A DNA stretch of 64,000 bases. Source: a virus. The notes under the pieces were generated by a model. That model was not told the DNA's origin, did not search any database, and was given only the letters and a program-made list of their open reading frames with translations. A program made the translations under genes and the position numbers. This document shows positions 58,690-64,000 of this stretch, piece after piece (position 1 is the stretch's first letter; each line of letters begins with the position of its first letter). The stretch is from the IMG/VR virus record IMGVR_UViG_3300037423_001547; one strand, written 5' to 3'.

Positions 58690-58721
58690 CTCCAGGGGTG
58701 TGTGACGGGACGGGCGGGCGG

Positions 58722-59531
58722 TCAGGCGGAGGCGAACAGGTCGGCGGCATACGGCTCGGACAGCCGGCGGGCAGCGGCCTCGGCGTGCGGCTCGTGACCC
58801 TCGACGGCTATCGCCCGGAGGCCGAGCTGGCGGGCGGCGAGCAGGGTGCTGCAGGAGCCGCCGAACGGATCCACCACCAGACCGGCGGGAGGGCAGGCGT
58901 AACGGATCAGCGGCAGCAGCAGCGGGACGGGCTTCTCGGTGGGGTGGATGCCGCCGTTGCGGTGCATCGACCGGACCTTGATGACGGAGGTCATCAACCG
59001 GGTGCCGTTGTCGGTCCAGCTGCCGGTGGCGTACTCGCCTCGGTGCCCGATCTCCTTCGGCCCCTGCTTGACGACTCGGCCGCGTTCGATGACGCCGGTG
59101 GTGATGCGCTGCGGCTGCCGGTACACGTCCCGCCACGCGCCCTGGTAGAAGAACCCGGCCTGCTCGTGGACGCGGCGGAAGCGGTCGTTGTTCGGGCCGG
59201 ACGCGTTGTGCTTCTCCCAGATGACGTCGACGTCGTCGGGGTCGTCTTTGCCGATGGTGTCGTGGGAGAGGTGCCAGCCGGCGGCGCGGAACTGGTCGGC
59301 AAACCGCATGAACGTTCGCAGGCCGCCGAAGCACCACATCGACGGGGCCACGGGCGCGACAGCGTCGAGCCAGCCGTCGGGCCAACGATCCCAGCCGTGG
59401 GAGGTCTCTTCGTAGGGCGGGTCGGCAACGATCAGTTCTGCCTGCAGGCCGAGTTCGGGCAGGATGTCCCGGCAGTCGCCGAGGTAGAGGGTGAGGCCGC
59501 TGTCGGGGTCCTCCCAGTACGGGGTGGGCAT
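58722..59531 (-). CDS. DNA methyltransferase (N6-adenine/N4-cytosine, beta class)
   Basis: The N-terminal LIVADPPYEE (DPPY, motif IV) precedes the C-terminal VVDPFGGSCSTLLAARQLG (motif I). That order defines beta-class amino-methyltransferases. Confidence 0.9.
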   Translation of the reverse strand: MPTPYWEDPDSGLTLYLGDCRDILPELGLQAELIVADPPYEETSHGWDRWPDGWLDAVAPVAPSMWCFGGLRTFMRFADQFRAAGWHLSHDTIGKDDPDDVDVIWEKHNASGPNNDRFRRVHEQAGFFYQGAWRDVYRQPQRITTGVIERGRVVKQGPKEIGHRGEYATGSWTDNGTRLMTSVIKVRSMHRNGGIHPTEKPVPLLLPLIRYACPPAGLVVDPFGGSCSTLLAARQLGLRAIAVEGHEPHAEAAARRLSEPYAADLFASA

Positions 59532-59574
59532 CGTGTCCTCCGGGTGTGGTGGGTGGTGGTGACGGGGGCGGGGA

Positions 59575-59724
59575 TCAGGCGCGGCGCTGCTGCCAGTGGC
59601 TGGGGTCGTTGCCCGTGCCGCAGCAGGTGGGGCAGTTCCCGGTGTCGGGGTCGCAGTCGTGGCAGCCGTTGCCGTTGCAGTCGGGGTGGGCTCCGTCGCC
59701 GTGGCAGGTGCGGCAGTCGTTCAT
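59575..59724 (-). CDS. 49-aa DnaJ-type CxxCxGxG zinc-finger mini-protein
   Basis: Read by hand: MNDCRTCHGDGAHPDCNGNGCHDCDPDTGNCPTCCGTGNDPSHWQQRRA. AGGAG RBS. Confidence 0.5.
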   Translation of the reverse strand: MNDCRTCHGDGAHPDCNGNGCHDCDPDTGNCPTCCGTGNDPSHWQQRRA

Positions 59725-59787
59725 GGAGTGCTCCTGGTTTTGTACGGACTGGTCAGTTGGGTGCGGCGGTCATTTGGTGCACCGGGG

Positions 59788-59943
59788 TCAGGCGGCGGGC
59801 TCGTAGGCGGTGCGGAGCCGGTTGGTGATCCAGGCGTGGCCGCAGTGGGGGCAGCGGTAGGCGGAGCGGATCTGGGTGTCGTCTCGGCGTTCGGCGCGGG
59901 GGCGTATGCCGCAGCGGCAGCAGTTGGGGCAGGTGTCGGTCAC
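59788..59943 (-). CDS. 51-aa zinc-ribbon mini-protein
   Basis: Read by hand: VTDTCPNCCRCGIRP...YRCPHCGHAWITNRL. GGAGA RBS. Confidence 0.5.
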   Translation of the reverse strand: MTDTCPNCCRCGIRPRAERRDDTQIRSAYRCPHCGHAWITNRLRTAYEPAA

Positions 59944-59956
59944 GGTTGGTCTCCGT

Positions 59957-60325
59957 TCAAGCGGAGGGTTCGGCGAGGGGGAGCTGGCCGCTGGCTTCGA
60001 TGGCGGCGCGTCGGGTGGCGGCTGCCGTCTGTGCGTGGTGGTCGCGGTCGTAGTGGAGGTGGCAGCCCTGGCACATGGCGCGGAGGTTGTCGTCGTGGCA
60101 GTTCTCGGGGGTGTGGTCGAGGTGGGCGACGGTGAGCACCACCTTCGAGCCGGTGCCGTACGCCTGACCGCCGTTGACGTTGGGGCAGCGGCCGACGTGT
60201 GTGCCGCGTCCGCATTCGCCGTGGCATTCGCAGCGGCCGGCGGCGCGTTCGGTGCGGATGCGGAGGCTGATGGTTTTCCAGTCGGCGGGGTACCGGTGGC
60301 GGTTTTCGGGCCGGATGGGGCTCAT
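59957..60325 (-). CDS. HNH endonuclease
   Basis: CECHGECG...VAHLDHTPENCHDDNLRAMCQGCHLHYD gives an H-N-H arrangement with flanking Cys pairs. Confidence 0.88.
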   Translation of the reverse strand: MSPIRPENRHRYPADWKTISLRIRTERAAGRCECHGECGRGTHVGRCPNVNGGQAYGTGSKVVLTVAHLDHTPENCHDDNLRAMCQGCHLHYDRDHHAQTAAATRRAAIEASGQLPLAEPSA

Positions 60326-60338
60326 GGCTGGTGTCCTG

Positions 60339-62168
60339 TCAGGCGGCGTCGTGGGGTGCGTCGGGGTGGCCGTGGTTGGGCCTGTCGGGGTGGCTGCCGG
60401 TTTCGGGGTCGCAGCCGAGGTGGGTGTCGTAGCCGCGGTCGAGTCGGTAGCCGGTGAGGGGTTCGGTGCAGACGGTGCAGCAGCGTTCTGAGTGCTGCGC
60501 TGTTCCCGGTGTTCCCTCCCCGTTCCCCCTCTTCGAGGGGGGAACGTGGGGAACGGGGGGCGTTCCCGGTGTTTCCCCGAGCGTTCCCGGAAACGTCTGA
60601 CCTGCGGTTTCTTCTGTTCCCGGTGTGTTCCGGGAAACGTTTCCGGGAAACGTGGGTTGGGGAACGTCGGGGAAACGTTGCTGGGAAACGTCGATACCGG
60701 GCTTTTCGGACCGCGCCTTGCGGTGCTTCACAGCCTCCGCGATCTTTTCGTTGCGGGCGGAGATCTGAAGTTCTGCCAGCTTTGCGCGGACCTGCCGGTT
60801 GCCCGCGTCGTCGGGGACTCCTGCACGGTCCAGGGCGGCGATGATGTGCTCGACGGTGCCGGGGACGGCCGCCATGCCGGCGTCCTGGCCGGGCTCGGTG
60901 TCGTAGGTCATTAGGACGTGCCGGGTGCCGCCCAACGCCCAGTTGTCGCCGTCACGCTGGGACTGGCGCAGCAGGGTGAAGGAGTCGGGGCCGATGCCGG
61001 TGCGGGTGTGGGTGCGCTTCAGTACGAGGGTGCCGCCGCCCTGGTAGGTCAGCTCCCATACGTGGTCGACGTCCTGCGTCTTTGCTGAGGAGCCCCGGCC
61101 GCCGCGCTCTTTGTCCTTGCCGAAGTGGTCCAGGCGCACGCTCGCGATCCGGTCCCGCTTCAATGGCAGCAGGGTGTGCCGGTACAGCGACAGCCACGTA
61201 TCGGCGTCGTTCTCGGGTCCGCCGATGAATCGGGACACGGTGTCGATGACGACGAGTTCGGCTCCGGTGGCCTTCACCAGGGCCATGAGGTCGGCGCCGC
61301 CGCCGGCTGTGTCGAGGGGGCGGACGGGTGGGAAGGATGCGTACCTCAGTTCGCCCATGCGGAGCGGGCCTGCGCCGAAGGACAGGAACCGTTCCTGTAC
61401 CTGTTCCTGTCCGTTTTCGGCGTCGAGGTACAGCACCTTCACGGGGTCCTGTGCGGTGTCGCCGAGGAACGGCTGGCCGGTGGCCATCCGCCACATCCAC
61501 TCTTGCGTGAAGAGGGACTTGCCGGCCTTGCCGTCGCCGACGAGGGTGATCTGCTGGCCGGGGCCCATGAGTTTGCCGGGCAGGAGCTGGATGGCGCCGA
61601 AGTCGGTCGCGAAGAACGTGCCCCAGTTCAGGAGAGAGGCGACGAGGTGGGCGGGTCCGCGACCGGTGTTCTCGCGGAGCTGTTCGCCCTGTTGGAACTC
61701 GGCGACTATGGCGGCGAGTTCGTCACCGCTGACGCCGCGGTCGATGGCGGCTTTCAGCGCGGTGGAGTGGGCGTCGTAGCGGCGTTGCCGCGCGGTTTCG
61801 GCGATGCGTTCGGCGAACGCGGCGGCCATCATCGACGGGATGGTCTCGTTGCCGAGCCGGTAGATGAGGTTGCCGCCCTCGACGCGGTGGAGCTGCCCCT
61901 GCTTTTCGATCTCAGCGCGCACGAGGGCCGGGTGGCATTCCTGGCCGGTGGCGTACAGGCCGGCGGCGATGTCCCAGATGAGCTGGTGCGCGGGCCGGTA
62001 CAAGTCGTCGCGGCTGATGAGGAGGGAGCATTCCTCGTAGGCGAGGCGGGAGTGCATGACGACGCCGACGACGTACTGTTCGGCCTCGATGTCGTGGGGA
62101 GGCGGGTTTCGGTTGAGGCCGTCCTGGTCCGCCGTGTCGCGCGGGCTCATGTGGCGGACGTTCTCCAC
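60339..62168 (-). CDS. replicative helicase-like protein (DnaB N-terminal domain plus RecA-like/RepA-type ATPase)
   Basis: GTG 62168 with a GAGGAG RBS. PPHDIEAEQYVVGVVM is a DnaB N-domain signature. Walker A is TLVGDGKAGKS. The Pro/Gly/Thr-rich tail is encoded by the repeat array. The track start at 62411 adds an Arg/Pro-rich stretch with no RBS. Confidence 0.85.
   Translation of the reverse strand: MENVRHMSPRDTADQDGLNRNPPPHDIEAEQYVVGVVMHSRLAYEECSLLISRDDLYRPAHQLIWDIAAGLYATGQECHPALVRAEIEKQGQLHRVEGGNLIYRLGNETIPSMMAAAFAERIAETARQRRYDAHSTALKAAIDRGVSGDELAAIVAEFQQGEQLRENTGRGPAHLVASLLNWGTFFATDFGAIQLLPGKLMGPGQQITLVGDGKAGKSLFTQEWMWRMATGQPFLGDTAQDPVKVLYLDAENGQEQVQERFLSFGAGPLRMGELRYASFPPVRPLDTAGGGADLMALVKATGAELVVIDTVSRFIGGPENDADTWLSLYRHTLLPLKRDRIASVRLDHFGKDKERGGRGSSAKTQDVDHVWELTYQGGGTLVLKRTHTRTGIGPDSFTLLRQSQRDGDNWALGGTRHVLMTYDTEPGQDAGMAAVPGTVEHIIAALDRAGVPDDAGNRQVRAKLAELQISARNEKIAEAVKHRKARSEKPGIDVSQQRFPDVPQPTFPGNVSRNTPGTEETAGQTFPGTLGETPGTPPVPHVPPSKRGNGEGTPGTAQHSERCCTVCTEPLTGYRLDRGYDTHLGCDPETGSHPDRPNHGHPDAPHDAA
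60500..60695. repeat. dense GTTCCC/GGGAAC and GTTTCC/GGAAAC half-site array (iteron-like, candidate origin)
   Basis: About 16 half-sites in about 190 bp. TGTTCCCGGTG occurs at 60501 and 60615, and CGTTCCCGGTG at 60561. A perfect 15-bp palindrome CGTTTCCGGGAAACG lies at 60638-60652. Confidence 0.6.
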
Positions 62169-62179
62169 GGGCGGTCTCC

Positions 62180-62485
62180 TCAGAAGAGCGTTGTCGTCGG
62201 GCACTGGTGCGATATGAGGTGCTGGTGCGGGCAGTCCGGCGGGTGTCGGGTGCCGGTCCAGCGCAGGCGTAGGGGCCGGAAGCGTTGGCGAGGCAGGCAC
62301 CAGACGAGGTCGTGTGGTGTGCTTGCTGCGGCGGCCGGCCCGTAGGGGCGGGGCTCGTCGGCGGGTGGGAGGTCGACGCTGGCTTTGATGGCGGCGACGT
62401 GGCCGACCCACTGGGTGAGGACGGGCGCGGAGCAGGCCGGGCAGCGGCTGGTGCTGCTGCCCTTTCCGCTCGCGCGCCCGCTCAT
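62180..62485 (-). CDS. hypothetical protein with N-terminal CxxC (101 aa)
   Basis: ATG 62485 in an ATGA overlap with the DUF2303 stop. The longer track ORF is a shadow frame. Confidence 0.55.
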   Translation of the reverse strand: MSGRASGKGSSTSRCPACSAPVLTQWVGHVAAIKASVDLPPADEPRPYGPAAAASTPHDLVWCLPRQRFRPLRLRWTGTRHPPDCPHQHLISHQCPTTTLF

Positions 62486-63312
62486 CAGGCGGAGGTCCCG
62501 TTCATGACCGCGGTGTCGATCTGTTCGCTGATGGCCTTGACCACGTCCGCGAACGCGGTCTTGCGGATCTCGTCGGGACGTTCCAGCTTGTAGCCGAGTT
62601 GGAGCCCGTTCTGCCCGATGCGGTGGCGGAGGCGGGCGGTGAGCTTGTAGCCCTCGCTGCCGTCGAACGGGACCAGGCCGATGATGAACGTCTCGGGGAC
62701 GGTGAGCTGTCCCTTCTGTCCGGCCTTGGACTGGACGGTCTCGACGTACTGGAACTGCCGCTGCCCTGAGGAGAGTCGGCTGGCGGACTGGAAGTCGACC
62801 TTGACGGCGGCCTGGAAGGACTGAGCGATCTCCAGCATGTCCGCGGAGTTCGGCTCCAGCAGTTCGGGGAGGTGGTCCTCCAGGAACTCGGCGAACTCCT
62901 CCTGTTTCATCAGCTGGCCGTCCTGCTGGGTCCACTGCTGCCAGGCGGTGGTCGGGCGCAGCGCGAGGTGGAGGCGGTGGTCACCCCAGCGGGCGGCGTC
63001 CGCGGCGTTGGCGTTGAGGACGGCGGTGACGGTGAGGCGCTCGCTGTCGGCGTACACCTCGGAGGCGTCGTCGTGGTGCTTGGTCCAGTAGGCGAGGAAG
63101 GACTCGGCGTCGCGGACGGTGGTGGTGCCGGTCTTCCGGGACGGCTGGTCCTTGTACTCCTCGCCGGTGAGGTCGATCTTCTGGACGCCGGCCGGGGTGC
63201 GGAAGGCGTAGACCTTGCCGATCTCCAGCTGGGCGGGCTCGGCCGCGAGGAGCGCGGTGTCGACGATGACCTGCGCTTCGCCGGGCGTGGCGGTGAGGTT
63301 GCTGTAGCTCAC
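62485..63312 (-). CDS. DUF2303 (YfdQ-like) prophage protein
   Basis: 275 aa, GTG start with an AAGGAAG RBS. The overall sequence resembles the YfdQ/DUF2303 family as I remember it. Confidence 0.65.
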   Translation of the reverse strand: MSYSNLTATPGEAQVIVDTALLAAEPAQLEIGKVYAFRTPAGVQKIDLTGEEYKDQPSRKTGTTTVRDAESFLAYWTKHHDDASEVYADSERLTVTAVLNANAADAARWGDHRLHLALRPTTAWQQWTQQDGQLMKQEEFAEFLEDHLPELLEPNSADMLEIAQSFQAAVKVDFQSASRLSSGQRQFQYVETVQSKAGQKGQLTVPETFIIGLVPFDGSEGYKLTARLRHRIGQNGLQLGYKLERPDEIRKTAFADVVKAISEQIDTAVMNGTSA

Positions 63313-63315
63313 GGA

Positions 63316-63711
63316 TCAGGCTTCCTTGTAGTCGGTGGTGGTGTCGGCCATGCGGAACTCGGTGGTGCCGTCGGCGTTGCGGTAAACGCCGGGGGTCATC
63401 TGGCGGGGGTCCTCGCGGACGGGCTGGCCGTCGTCGTTGAGGAAGTAGAGGCTCTTGACCGGGGTGGGCTTGGGGGCCTTGACGGCGGACTCGACGCCGA
63501 TGGGCAGCGGCGCGGACTCGACGCCGTTGGCGGGGGGTTCGACGACGATGGTGATCGTCATTTGGCCCTTCTTTCCGTGGGCGCGGACGGCGTCGAGGAG
63601 GGTGTGGAACTCGGCGGAGAGTTCTTCCTCGGTGCGGCCGTTGAGGTGGCTGGCGAGGAATGCGGCGACGGGGGCCTGCATGATTTCGCCGGTGTCGGGC
63701 TGGATGGTCAT
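63316..63711 (-). CDS. hypothetical protein (131 aa), first gene of the rightward-located early operon
   Basis: ATG 63711, balanced composition, preceded by a divergent regulatory spacer. Confidence 0.65.
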   Translation of the reverse strand: MTIQPDTGEIMQAPVAAFLASHLNGRTEEELSAEFHTLLDAVRAHGKKGQMTITIVVEPPANGVESAPLPIGVESAVKAPKPTPVKSLYFLNDDGQPVREDPRQMTPGVYRNADGTTEFRMADTTTDYKEA

Positions 63712-63808
63712 ACGGTGGTGCCTTTCTGAGTGGTGTATCCGAGTGAATGTGCTGGTCAGGGCGTGATGCAGTGCCGTGCGCTACGGGCTTCTGACGCACA
63801 TCCATGAT

Positions 63809-63829
63809 GCCACATTGATGTGGCCACAT
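63809..63829. promoter_or_regulatory. overlapping palindromes GCCACAT-TG-ATGTGGC and ATGTGGCCACAT
   Basis: Perfect 12-bp palindrome at 63818-63829. A related TGTGGCCAC occurs again at about 63866-63874. Both lie in the divergent spacer 63712-63896. Confidence 0.5.
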
Positions 63830-63896
63830 GCGAGTATCGGAAACGGTTGGGAGGCTGGACTTCCGTGTGGCCACCCTGATGTGCGAACATGTCGAC

Positions 63897-64000
63897 ATGC
63901 CCGCCACCGAGGAGACCGTCGCTGCCCTGCGGAAGGCAGTGCGCGCCAAGACCGCAGCTGAGAAGCGCGCTGATGACGCGCGCGCCGCGCTGGCCGTTGC
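63897..64000 (+). CDS. 5' end of a plus-strand gene running off the right edge (partial)
   Basis: ATG 63897. MPATEETVAALRKAVRAKTAAEKRADDARAALAV... Confidence 0.4.
   Translation, partial: MPATEETVAALRKAVRAKTAAEKRADDARAALAV

Noticed and set aside
60500-60695. Possible CRISPR array, considered because of the dense short repeats
   Set aside because: The repeat units are only 6-11 nt, occur on both strands, have no regular unique spacers of 30-40 nt, and lie inside an open reading frame. I interpret the array as iteron-like instead.
62169-62411. N-terminal extension of the helicase ORF as given in the track
   Set aside because: The extension is an Arg/Pro-rich stretch overlapping the upstream 62180..62485 gene. 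GTG 62168 has a well-spaced GAGGAG RBS and is followed within a few residues by the DnaB N-domain motif.

Overview
By eye this window is about 70% GC and reads as an actinobacterial, Streptomyces-like temperate siphovirus genome or prophage. I saw no host housekeeping genes, rRNA, tRNA or CRISPR array.

Layout:
- 1-4126 (minus): early operon with a Cro-like HTH protein, small proteins, RecT and a Gp157-like protein.
- 4127-4363: divergent switch region packed with GGCAG-type dyads.
- 4364-5393 (plus): cI-like repressor and a membrane protein.
- 5317-6957: large serine integrase.
- 7098-12233: accessory island of separately terminated units. It holds XRE regulators, a GRDP-like protein, Cys-rich proteins, an HFCD flavoprotein, and a protein carrying only the LexA DNA-binding domain, preceded by an SOS-box-like operator.
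- 12317-43279 (minus): late operon with terS, terL, portal, MuF-like protein, scaffold, HK97-type capsid, connectors and tail tube. It continues with G/G-T chaperones (GGGAAAA slip site), a 1480-aa tape measure, Dit, Tal and a fibre. Holin and amidase follow, and collagen-like and lectin-like genes lie after the lysis genes.
- 16573-22371 (plus): a cassette that interrupts the late operon between the fibre and the lysin. It encodes an NAD-dependent sugar epimerase split by a 242-aa intein, plus two glycosyltransferase-like proteins.
- 43363-64000 (mostly minus): early and replication region. It holds two lipoproteins, a ParB-like nuclease, a SWIM protein, FtsK/SpoIIIE with a DUF2637-like membrane protein, an SNase-like nuclease and a DNA methyltransferase. 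It also holds HNH, a DnaB-N/RecA-like helicase with an iteron-like array inside its 3' end, DUF2303, many tiny Cys-rich ORFs, and three small plus-strand HTH islands with palindromic operators.

All function calls rest on motifs I recognise by eye. No database search was run. Many long ORFs in the track are antisense or alternative-frame shadows of the real genes and are rejected.
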